Shown: positions 56,369-64,000 of the stretch, piece after piece
How positions within the stretch are numbered: the stretch's first letter is position 1
Layout: each line of letters begins with the position of its first letter
Virus record (IMG/VR): IMGVR_UViG_3300027718_000006
Span: 71 to 64,070 of that record
DNA length: 64,000 bases
Direction: 5' to 3' (one strand)
Origin: a virus
Lineage: Duplodnaviria; Caudoviricetes
Made by a program: the position numbers and the translations under genes
The notes under the pieces: model-generated
Told to the model about the DNA's origin: nothing
Seen by the model: the letters and a program-made list of their open reading frames with translations, nothing else
Database searches by the model: none

Positions 56369-57436
56369 ATGTTTCTGGACTTGATACGAGAAGAGTTAGG
56401 AAACGAAAAGCTTGCAGGAGCGCACACACGCTTCTGCTGTCCTTTTTGTGGAGAGAATAAATATAAGTTCTATGTAAATAATTCAAAGTCTTTATGGATT
56501 TGTCATAAGTGTAAAGAAAAAGGTAATGCAGCTTCCTTTGTAATGAAGTACCATAACCTATCTTTCCCGGAGGCGGTAGATGTTCTCGCTACTTATGATC
56601 ATGATGTAACTTTAGATGGAGGCGGTAATTATGAGAGGATGGACTATGCAAACCATTTAACAGAGGAAGAGAAACTGCTTCTGTTTATCTCTCGAGGAGG
56701 TAAGCCGATTGAAGAGGAAACAAAAATAAATTATAAATGTCCTAACCCTCCAACTAATTGTAAGACACTAACAAATAACTTCCACAACTCAGAAGCGTTT
56801 CCTTTCTTTGCTTATTTACACAATCGAGGAGTTACAATGGAGCAGATTCAGGAACATAATATTTCTTATGTAACTTATGGAGAGGTTGAGTTACTAGACG
56901 GTCGAAAAATGAATTTAACAAATCATCTAGTCTTCTTTACCTTTAATGATAAACGTAAGCCGCTTTATTGGAATACACGTTCCATTGAACATAGCCCATA
57001 CATTAAATCTTTCAATGCACCTAGCAGAGAAGACGAATATTCAAAGAAGAATACAATCTTTAATTTAAACAATGCAAATAATACAGATAAGATTGTTGTT
57101 ACAGAGGGTGTATTCGATGCCATGACTGTAGGACAAAGTGGAGTAGCTACATTCGGTAAGCTTATTACAGACCAGCAGGTTCAGGAGATATTACAGAAAA
57201 CAAAACATAATAAGCTCCCTATTTATCTGTATTTAGATAAAGATGCTTGGGAGTCTATGATTGAATCAGCTCGAAGAATTAAATCAGTAGAGTCAGATCG
57301 AGAAGTGTATTTTGTAGCTAGTGGTAGCGATCAGGATGCTAATGAACTCGGTACAGAAAAGGTTAATGAACTGATTCAGCAAGCTTTCCCGGCAGATGCA
57401 GAAGGGGAATTGAAATTAAGTTTGCTAAACTTATAG
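56369..57436 (+). CDS. DNA primase
   Basis: CPFCG...WICHKC zinc finger; TOPRIM VVTEGVFDAM...YLDKDA...DANE. Confidence 0.92.
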   Translation: MFLDLIREELGNEKLAGAHTRFCCPFCGENKYKFYVNNSKSLWICHKCKEKGNAASFVMKYHNLSFPEAVDVLATYDHDVTLDGGGNYERMDYANHLTEEEKLLLFISRGGKPIEEETKINYKCPNPPTNCKTLTNNFHNSEAFPFFAYLHNRGVTMEQIQEHNISYVTYGEVELLDGRKMNLTNHLVFFTFNDKRKPLYWNTRSIEHSPYIKSFNAPSREDEYSKKNTIFNLNNANNTDKIVVTEGVFDAMTVGQSGVATFGKLITDQQVQEILQKTKHNKLPIYLYLDKDAWESMIESARRIKSVESDREVYFVASGSDQDANELGTEKVNELIQQAFPADAEGELKLSLLNL

Positions 57437-57443
57437 AAAAGGC

Positions 57444-57472
57444 TTGACTATATCAGGACTGTATGATAGTAT
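57444..57472 (+). promoter_or_regulatory. Host sigma-A promoter
   Basis: TTGACT-17 nt-TAGTAT with TG extension. Confidence 0.65.
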
Positions 57473-57505
57473 ATGATTATAGGAAAAAGAAAGGGAGGGA
57501 ACAAA

Positions 57506-57739
57506 ATGTGGTTAGTAGCAAATACCTTATGGGGTGAATACCAGATAGGGACCTATGAGACAGAAGCAGAAGCTAAGGCTGAGTATGATAAATTAGTGGC
57601 TGAGTCTATAAAAGATCAATTAGAAGACATGAACGACCCTGACCCGATCTGTATGGCTCATAAGATTTTATTAACAGAAGTTAAACGAAGCGCAGTTATT
57701 AAACATGATACTAAGGAGGAAACAAAATACAATGAATAG
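57506..57739 (+). CDS. Small hypothetical protein; probable start ATG 57506
   Basis: SD gggaggga; MWLVANTLWGEYQIGTYETEAEAKAEY. Confidence 0.65.
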   Translation: MWLVANTLWGEYQIGTYETEAEAKAEYDKLVAESIKDQLEDMNDPDPICMAHKILLTEVKRSAVIKHDTKEETKYNE

Positions 57740-58364
57740 TATTGACGTACTTTACCTAGAGGACAAGGATTTAATCGTACCAACACAAGGATACGAAGGT
57801 GACGTTGCATACGATATCTATGCATCGGAAGGGCGCTTAGTTCCTCACTCAACATTTAACTCGGTTGTTATACCAACTAACTTAAAGGTAGCATTCGATT
57901 GGGAAAAAGCAGGCATGTTTGCTTCTCTACGATCAGGTGCAGCATGTAATACACCGTTAATCTTATCTAACGGACCGGGAATCATCGAAGGTACATACAG
58001 AGGAGAAATCGGAATCATCTGTCGTAATACATTTGCTGATAACAGTTTAGTAGACTTTGTGTTTGATGTAAAAGGGAATAAAGTTCCATTAAACAAAGTT
58101 CCAAACGTAGTAAAGAAAGAAGCTCGTAAATTCTTCGAAGAAGAGTCTGTACAATTAGGTTATAACTCTGTAGACGAAGGAAATGCCAGTCAAGTATTTA
58201 AAAAGATAGTACCTCGAGGAACTATCTATGTTGAAAGAGGTACACGTATTGCACAAATTTTCTTCCTAAATAAAATGGTTGCAACATTTAAAGGAACAGA
58301 CCTTTTACCAGATTCAGTTCGAGGTGAAAACGGACGAGGTTCTTCTGGTACTGATCTAAAATAA
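57732..58364 (+). CDS. dut: Trimeric dUTPase with an internal insertion; probable start ATG 57732
   Basis: DVAYDI, LRSG, PGIIEGTYRGEI, GTRIAQ, RGENGRGSSG motifs I-V. Confidence 0.88.
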   Translation: MNSIDVLYLEDKDLIVPTQGYEGDVAYDIYASEGRLVPHSTFNSVVIPTNLKVAFDWEKAGMFASLRSGAACNTPLILSNGPGIIEGTYRGEIGIICRNTFADNSLVDFVFDVKGNKVPLNKVPNVVKKEARKFFEEESVQLGYNSVDEGNASQVFKKIVPRGTIYVERGTRIAQIFFLNKMVATFKGTDLLPDSVRGENGRGSSGTDLK

Positions 58365-58374
58365 GGAGGCAGTT

Positions 58375-58689
58375 ATGGGAGATAACAAGCTTAATGAATT
58401 TATCGACAATATGCTCTATTTCAGAAAGAACAAAGATACCGAAGGGATGATGACCCTCCTAGAGGAAGGTAATTCCCAGCTTGTGACTGTTACAGAAGCA
58501 GCAGAGACCTTAGTAAGTATTGTAGACGATTTAATAGCATACATAGACACTGTACAGGCTACAGATGAGGTAAGGCTCCTAACAGTTATTAAAGCCTTAC
58601 CAGAAACTATACAAGCTAAAATTGAAAAAGAGTTTGACGAAGACGAAGACGATTTACTAAAACCAGAACCTGAAGGAGAGAAAAACTAA
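58375..58689 (+). CDS. Hypothetical acidic protein
   Basis: SD aaggagg, ATG start. Confidence 0.7.
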   Translation: MGDNKLNEFIDNMLYFRKNKDTEGMMTLLEEGNSQLVTVTEAAETLVSIVDDLIAYIDTVQATDEVRLLTVIKALPETIQAKIEKEFDEDEDDLLKPEPEGEKN

Positions 58690-58690
58690 T

Positions 58691-59116
58691 ATGAAAAAAC
58701 ATTTTACACAAGAGCCAATTAAAACGGAACACTTATACGATTTCTTAGACTGCGTCATCAATAAAAAGATCAAAGACCGAGCAACAGCAGCTCGAGTTAA
58801 GCGCTTATCAAAATACAGCACTAACCTTACAGATGTAGCAGTAGTAGTGGAAGCATTCATGCAACAGCAGCAAGCAACATTAGCAAAACTAATTGACGAG
58901 TTACAGATTGCAAAAGCTGTTATGAATAAACTAGGCGCTACTCCAGAAATGTTCCAAGAGGCTCAAGTAGAATACAATGAGCAGATTGAGGAATTTAAGA
59001 AGCAACTTGAAGACGCTAAAGCTCAATTAGCTGCGGAACAAGAGGAGAAAGAAAGTTCTAAAGTAGAGGAAATTGCAGAAGAGATTGCAAAGAACGAAGT
59101 AACGGAGAAAGAATAA
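58691..59116 (+). CDS. Hypothetical coiled-coil protein
   Basis: SD ggag, contiguous in the operon. Confidence 0.7.
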   Translation: MKKHFTQEPIKTEHLYDFLDCVINKKIKDRATAARVKRLSKYSTNLTDVAVVVEAFMQQQQATLAKLIDELQIAKAVMNKLGATPEMFQEAQVEYNEQIEEFKKQLEDAKAQLAAEQEEKESSKVEEIAEEIAKNEVTEKE

Positions 59117-59313
59117 TGGAGCCAACACATGTCCTCTGCCGGAATACGGTAGAGGATGACTTAGGCGTATATAACATTAAAGGAAAGTACTATGAGATTT
59201 ATAGCATAGAAGAAGATACATTTACTATTGCTATCGAGTCCGGGTTAGACGTTGATGAAATTATAATTGACCAAGATGACCCTGACTTCCTTGTAGTACT
59301 TGGAAGGGACTGA
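59116..59313 (+). CDS. Small hypothetical protein
   Basis: TAATG-coupled to the previous gene. Confidence 0.6.
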   Translation: MEPTHVLCRNTVEDDLGVYNIKGKYYEIYSIEEDTFTIAIESGLDVDEIIIDQDDPDFLVVLGRD

Positions 59314-59879
59314 GAGCTATCGGTAAATATAGTAAAACTAAAGGCAGCGGCTATGAGCTTAAAATTGCAAAGTATTTAACTGCTTGGTGGGGTGGGAACT
59401 TCTCTCGAGTTCCTGCTTCAGGCGGATTACATTGGAAAGGTGACCAACGTGTAGCAGGGGATATCATCCCTCCTATTGGTTTAGACTTTCCATTTGTAAT
59501 CGAGTGTAAGAAAAGAGAAGAGTGGACGATGGACCATATTCTCCTTGATATCGGACAGCCTAAAGAGTGGTGGAAGCAAGTAGTGGAAGATGGACGAAGA
59601 GTAAACCGAACACCTCTACTAATCTTCTCACGTAATCGAGCTAAGGACTTTGTAATGATTCCATATGAAGAAAACATGTATTATCGAATTGCAGGAATTT
59701 CTCATGAGTACTTTAGAACGACTGTAACAATTAAAAACATTCGAGATGAAGTTCAAATATTCGATGTTATTGTTACTACGCTTGATACGTTTTCAAAAAT
59801 TCCAACTGCTACTTTAGTTGAGTTTGGTAAATCGGTAGATTGGGACCCATACGCAGACCAATATCAGGAGGGAATCTAA
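59310..59879 (+). CDS. Holliday junction resolvase (PD-(D/E)xK); non-canonical start CTG 59310 or ATC 59319
   Basis: The frame of track ORF 59529 extends upstream without a stop: SKTKGSGYELKIAK...RVPASGG...AGDII...FVIECKKREEW. There is an in-frame TGA at 59283 and no ATG/GTG/TTG before 59529. Confidence 0.82.
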   Translation: MRAIGKYSKTKGSGYELKIAKYLTAWWGGNFSRVPASGGLHWKGDQRVAGDIIPPIGLDFPFVIECKKREEWTMDHILLDIGQPKEWWKQVVEDGRRVNRTPLLIFSRNRAKDFVMIPYEENMYYRIAGISHEYFRTTVTIKNIRDEVQIFDVIVTTLDTFSKIPTATLVEFGKSVDWDPYADQYQEGI

Positions 59880-60301
59880 TGAGCTTAATGGCTAGAGGAT
59901 TAGTTTCACTTGGTAAAGAGATGATTATGAGCATCGTGGCAAGAGGTCAATTCAGCTACGAGCAGCGTTGTTGGTTACCTAAGCTCCCTAAAGGAGTGAA
60001 TGTACACTCTATTCATTATAACTATAGAAGTGATTGCTTCGATGTTATTTTAGAGAGCTTGGAGCCTGTTGAGGGGTGGACAGGGTACGTGGAGTCTGGA
60101 ACAGAAGTTCCTACATCACCAGTACAGCATGAAATGTACTGTCAAGCTGGAGCCACATCGAAGGAACCTGAGAACATTATTAAGACAATGACCTTACAAA
60201 GGCTGCTAATGAACATTAATAATGACCTCCGAGAGGATGCAGATTCAGGTATTAAGATGAGTATGACGATCGAAGAATACCTAACTAACTTATATAACTA
60301 A
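59879..60301 (+). CDS. Hypothetical protein; probable start ATG 59879
   Basis: SD ggaggg; coupled to the resolvase stop. Confidence 0.65.
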   Translation: MSLMARGLVSLGKEMIMSIVARGQFSYEQRCWLPKLPKGVNVHSIHYNYRSDCFDVILESLEPVEGWTGYVESGTEVPTSPVQHEMYCQAGATSKEPENIIKTMTLQRLLMNINNDLREDADSGIKMSMTIEEYLTNLYN

Positions 60302-60316
60302 ATGGAATAAAAAACT

Positions 60317-60362
60317 TTTCCCTACAAGGTAGTATATGAATCTATATGTAGGGAAATTTTTT
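60317..60362 (+). terminator. Hairpin / possible terminator before the RNR gene
   Basis: tttccctaca...tgtagggaaa followed by a T run. Confidence 0.5.
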
Positions 60363-60458
60363 AAGTTTTTAGACTGTACAAACCCTATATTGTATGCTAT
60401 ACTATAATTACAGCTTAAATAAAAGCAGCTTATAACCTAGAGAGGAGTTACATATAAA

Positions 60459-62810
60459 ATGACAGAAAAGCAAATCGTAAATCGAGGTAACACAATTGAG
60501 TTTTATGACCCAAAGAAGGTAGAGGCTTACTTAAACCGATACGTGCCAGAGGGCACAGATGTTAAAGTAGTAGTAGATAACATTACAGAGTACGTAGAAT
60601 TAGAGGACAAAGTAACAAGCCTTAAGATTCAACAGGAGCTATACTCAGTTGTAGAGGGTTTAATTTCTACTAATGAATCATTCTGGCAAAACGTTGCAGG
60701 ATGTATTAAAGCAGATATCTTCCGCAAAGAGGTTATCAATAACCGTGGGTTCGAAAAAGGAATGAAAAAAGTATTTGAACTAGGTTACGAGAGTAATCAA
60801 TATACAGACTTCTTTAAGAAATATACAGACGAAGAAATTGCAGAGCTACAAAAGGAACTTGACAATGAGCGTGACTACTACGTAAACCATGCAGGAGTAC
60901 ATATCGCATACAATCGTTACACTACTGTTAGTCTCCAAAAAGAAGTAGTTAAAGGTAAAGAGATTGTTGTAGGAACTAAAAAGATTGAGACTTTACAAGA
61001 GCGTTATATGGCTATCTCAATGTTCTTACACCAAAACGAAGTTGTAGATCGTATTGAGAAAGTAAAAGCAGGATACTTACATATGAGTGGTAAGGAGATC
61101 GCAGTAGACTTTACAGTAGCAACTCCAACATTTATGAATGCAGGTAGACCTAATGGTAACTTATCAAGCTGCTTTGTAGGTATGGTAGGAGATAGCATTG
61201 ACGATATCTACCGTGAAGCTGAACAGTTTGCTAAAGTTTCTAAGAACGCTGGAGGTTACGGATTATACTTCGGTAAAGTTCGTTCGTTAGGTTCTAGTAT
61301 TCGTCAAAAGCCGGGACTATCCTCTGGTTCAGTACCATTTATGAAACTATTTGATGTAACAGCAGGTACAGTCGATCAGCAAGGTCAACGTCCGGGAGCA
61401 GTTACAATCACATTAGACGCTTGGCACCGTGACTTAAGTGACTTCTTAAAATCACCATTGAACAATACAGCATTAGAAAAGCAAATGAATAAAATCTTCC
61501 TAGCTGTATCAATGCCAGACCTATTCTTCCGTAAGTTACAAAATGAAGAAGACTGGTATCAATTCGACCCTAAAGAAGTACAAGACATTATGGGGTGGGC
61601 TCTAGAAGACAGCTATGATGAAACATTAGAAGGTGGAACATTTACAAAACGTTATGAAGCTTGTATTCAAGCGTACAAAGACGGTTACTTACAGTTAGTA
61701 TCAATTGTTGACCCGTGGGATGTTTTATCAGAAATCAATAAAACACGTATTGAAAAAGGACATCCGTTCTTATTCTTCCGTGATACAGTTAACCGTGATA
61801 ATCCTAACGAAGGTATGATTTACTGCTCTAACTTATGTACAGAAATTACAATCACAATGTCACTACCTGAAGTTGAGTCTAAAATCATGGAGATTAATGG
61901 AGAGCAAGTTATCGTTGAAATCCTTAAACCGGGTGATACACCAACTTGTAACCTATCATCTATCAATATGGCTAAGATTGCTAAGGTTCGTATGGCAGGC
62001 GGAGATTGGAAACAACACATTGCAGATGTAGTTGAAACACAATACCGTATGCTGGCTAACGTAATCGAACTTAACTCTCACGATGAAATGGAACAAACGA
62101 AGATCAGTTCGTACCGTAAGCGTGAAGTAGGGTTAGGTGAAATGGGTAATGCTCACGCCCTAGCTGTCTCTCATATTGCTCCTGATTCAGAAGAGGCAAT
62201 TGAATGGTTAGACGAAGTAAACGAAGAAATTACTTATAACATTGTTAAAGCTAGCATGAACTTAGCTAAAGAGCGTAATGATATTGCTCCAGCATTTGCT
62301 ACCTCTAAATGGGCAGATGGCAGCTATATCCGTGAGAAGTTCATTCCTTATAGCCGAGATAAACAACGTTGGGAAGAGCTTAACCAGCAAGTAATTACAC
62401 ATGGTATGTATTCTCTAGTATTACGTGCTACAGCTCCTACAGAAACTATTTCTTATGTAGCTAATACTACAGCAGGTGCGGACCCGATTTATGGTAAAGA
62501 GTATACGTTAGAGAAAGCAGGACTTAAAACAAATATGGTAGCACCTGATATTTCAGTAGATAACTTCTTCTACTACAAAGATGCTTTCATCGTTAATAAA
62601 GAAATGTTCTTGAAGACTGTAGGACGTAGACAGCGCTGGATTGATCAAGCATCCTCTACTAATCTGTACTATATCAAGGATAACCTAGAAGCTTTAGACG
62701 TTGTTCAGGATTATATTACAGCTTGGAAAGAGGGAGTAAAAACACTTTACTACCACCGTGGAGAGAGTTTAGAAGCTTACGAGGCTGCATGTGAGGCATG
62801 CAGTGGCTAA
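60459..62810 (+). CDS. nrdA: Class I ribonucleotide reductase large subunit
   Basis: ATPTFMNAG, LSSCF, QQGQRPGA, SNLCTEI, TCNLSSIN, APTETIS, KTLYY, C-terminal CxxC. No intron or intein seen. Confidence 0.93.
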   Translation: MTEKQIVNRGNTIEFYDPKKVEAYLNRYVPEGTDVKVVVDNITEYVELEDKVTSLKIQQELYSVVEGLISTNESFWQNVAGCIKADIFRKEVINNRGFEKGMKKVFELGYESNQYTDFFKKYTDEEIAELQKELDNERDYYVNHAGVHIAYNRYTTVSLQKEVVKGKEIVVGTKKIETLQERYMAISMFLHQNEVVDRIEKVKAGYLHMSGKEIAVDFTVATPTFMNAGRPNGNLSSCFVGMVGDSIDDIYREAEQFAKVSKNAGGYGLYFGKVRSLGSSIRQKPGLSSGSVPFMKLFDVTAGTVDQQGQRPGAVTITLDAWHRDLSDFLKSPLNNTALEKQMNKIFLAVSMPDLFFRKLQNEEDWYQFDPKEVQDIMGWALEDSYDETLEGGTFTKRYEACIQAYKDGYLQLVSIVDPWDVLSEINKTRIEKGHPFLFFRDTVNRDNPNEGMIYCSNLCTEITITMSLPEVESKIMEINGEQVIVEILKPGDTPTCNLSSINMAKIAKVRMAGGDWKQHIADVVETQYRMLANVIELNSHDEMEQTKISSYRKREVGLGEMGNAHALAVSHIAPDSEEAIEWLDEVNEEITYNIVKASMNLAKERNDIAPAFATSKWADGSYIREKFIPYSRDKQRWEELNQQVITHGMYSLVLRATAPTETISYVANTTAGADPIYGKEYTLEKAGLKTNMVAPDISVDNFFYYKDAFIVNKEMFLKTVGRRQRWIDQASSTNLYYIKDNLEALDVVQDYITAWKEGVKTLYYHRGESLEAYEAACEACSG

Positions 62811-62839
62811 GCTTGTGACTAGCCTATAAGTTAGAAGTA

Positions 62840-62885
62840 TGCTATAATAGGTATAGAGGGTAAAACCTCTATACTTTACTTATAA
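62840..62885 (+). promoter_or_regulatory. TGCTATAAT, hairpin and TTTACTTATAA leader of the HNH gene
   Basis: gtatagagg-gtaaaa-cctctatac stem; same layout as 28942-29005. Confidence 0.5.
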
Positions 62886-62900
62886 CGGAGGGCAAGCAAA

Positions 62901-63599
62901 ATGGAAAATTGGAAAGATATAAAAGACTTTGAAGATTATTATGAGGTATCTGATCTGGGGAATGTACGAAGCAAGGTAAGCCAGCAGGTTCTAGTTCCTT
63001 TTCTCAACAGCAGAGGTTATCTACATGTCGATCTGCATTATGTTAAACCATACAAGAGGGTTGCAATACATAAACTAGTTATGGAGACATTTAATCCTGA
63101 AGGATACTTTAAGGATGCAGACATCGACCATAAGGACGGTAATAAGCAAAACAACGCTTTTACTAATCTAGAATATGTAACGCATGCTGAGAACGTATTA
63201 AGACACTATAGAGGGAAAGCAGAACCTATGGTAGCTGTATCCCCTACAGGAGAAAAATATGAGTTCCTAGTGATCTCTGAGTTTGCTAGAGAGCATGGAC
63301 TAGAATTTAGACATGTATCAGCTTGCTTAAAAGGGAAACTAGCACATCATAAGCAATGGGTATTCTATCTTAAATCAGAAGGTAAACCTAAGCGTGAAAA
63401 AGAAGAAGGCGTTAAAAGTAATAAGCCGAGAGTCTTTATCGCTACCTCTCCTGAAGGAGAAGTGTTAGAAGGTATCAACCAACGTATATTTGCAGAAGAG
63501 CACGGGTTACAGAGAAGACAAATTAATGCCTGTCTAAATGGTAGAATGAAAACACATAAAGGCTGGGCATTTAAGTTTAAGGAGGAAACTAATGAGTAA
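62901..63599 (+). CDS. NUMOD4-HNH homing endonuclease (I-HmuI-like) with two C-terminal DNA-binding repeats
   Basis: ENWKDIKDFEDYYEVSDLGNVRS, RVAIHKLVMETF, DIDHKDGNKQNN...NLEYVTHAENV; repeats ...FA(R/E)EHGL.....ACL.G...HK.W.F. Confidence 0.9.
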   Translation: MENWKDIKDFEDYYEVSDLGNVRSKVSQQVLVPFLNSRGYLHVDLHYVKPYKRVAIHKLVMETFNPEGYFKDADIDHKDGNKQNNAFTNLEYVTHAENVLRHYRGKAEPMVAVSPTGEKYEFLVISEFAREHGLEFRHVSACLKGKLAHHKQWVFYLKSEGKPKREKEEGVKSNKPRVFIATSPEGEVLEGINQRIFAEEHGLQRRQINACLNGRMKTHKGWAFKFKEETNE

Positions 63600-63780
63600 A
63601 CATGAAATCCTATTTTCAGTTACAGAGGATTCCCGAGACGGTATTAACTTTCAGGTAAAGGGTAGTGAGGTAGGTTTCATCTTAAAGCATAAAGAAGACG
63701 TACTTGCAGTTATGGAACGTTTGAGAAATGCTTTAATAAATGAAACTTACCCATTTACTGACCATAGTAAGAAAAGCTAA
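63592..63780 (+). CDS. Small hypothetical protein
   Basis: SD aaggagg. Confidence 0.65.
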   Translation: MSKHEILFSVTEDSRDGINFQVKGSEVGFILKHKEDVLAVMERLRNALINETYPFTDHSKKS

Positions 63781-63804
63781 TATAAACTAAAGGAGTGGAA
63801 ATCA

Positions 63805-64000
63805 ATGGAGTGTAATAATAAACATTGTTTATGGAACGCTTTCGATTCTTGCTGTCATGAGGACCCTGAGAAAGCAGATAAACACGCTACTCCCAATCAA
63901 TTAGATTGCCCCGTTTCATTACGGGGAGATTTCACTAGACAGTTATACGCATTACTTCATGAATGTGAAACGATGCTTGATCGAAGAAACATGAAAGAGC
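63805..64000 (+). CDS. Cys-rich hypothetical protein, truncated by the window end
   Basis: SD aaggag; MECNNKHCLWNAFDSCCHEDP... open to the end of the window. Confidence 0.6.
   Translation, partial: MECNNKHCLWNAFDSCCHEDPEKADKHATPNQLDCPVSLRGDFTRQLYALLHECETMLDRRNMKE

Noticed and set aside
59351-59677. 108-aa minus-strand ORF
   Set aside because: Antisense to the resolvase, whose + frame carries clear catalytic motifs.
46274-62810. Inteins or group I introns in the helicases, primase or RNR (common in relatives)
   Set aside because: All these ORFs are continuous and of normal length; no intein motifs were seen.

Overview
This window is part of a lytic, contractile-tailed phage genome of the Herelleviridae type (SPO1/Twort/Bastille-like, probably infecting Bacillus or a relative). 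Every credible gene lies on the + strand. From left to right it holds: (1) the end of a tRNA cluster (Arg, Gly, Trp-like, Asp, Leu, Tyr-like, Thr) interrupted by an FN3-domain gene and an HNH endonuclease; (2) a head module (portal, prohead protease, scaffold, major capsid); (3) neck, tail sheath and tail tube genes; (4) an accessory hot spot of three independent transcription units (a YocH-like 3D-domain gene, a beta-helix depolymerase and a sigma-A operon); (5) tail chaperones, tape measure with a lysozyme domain, an NlpC/P60 hub, a spike/fibre/RBP block and baseplate genes; (6) a second accessory cassette (GH113-like hydrolase plus fibre); (7) an AT-rich candidate origin; (8) the replication and nucleotide-metabolism module (SF2 helicase, HTH protein, DnaB-like helicase, SbcD/SbcC-like nuclease, primase, dUTPase, Holliday junction resolvase, RNR large subunit), which contains two further HNH endonucleases. 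The strongest leads are a triple WalR-type box upstream of the YocH-like gene, two free-standing HNH genes that each duplicate part of a neighbouring gene (5' end of tRNA-Leu; 3' end of the helicase), two polysaccharide-degrading cassettes sharing an N-terminal motif and an identical terminator, a prfB-like CUU-UGA +1 frameshift, and probable CTG starts. All functional calls come from motif recognition by eye; no database searches were run.
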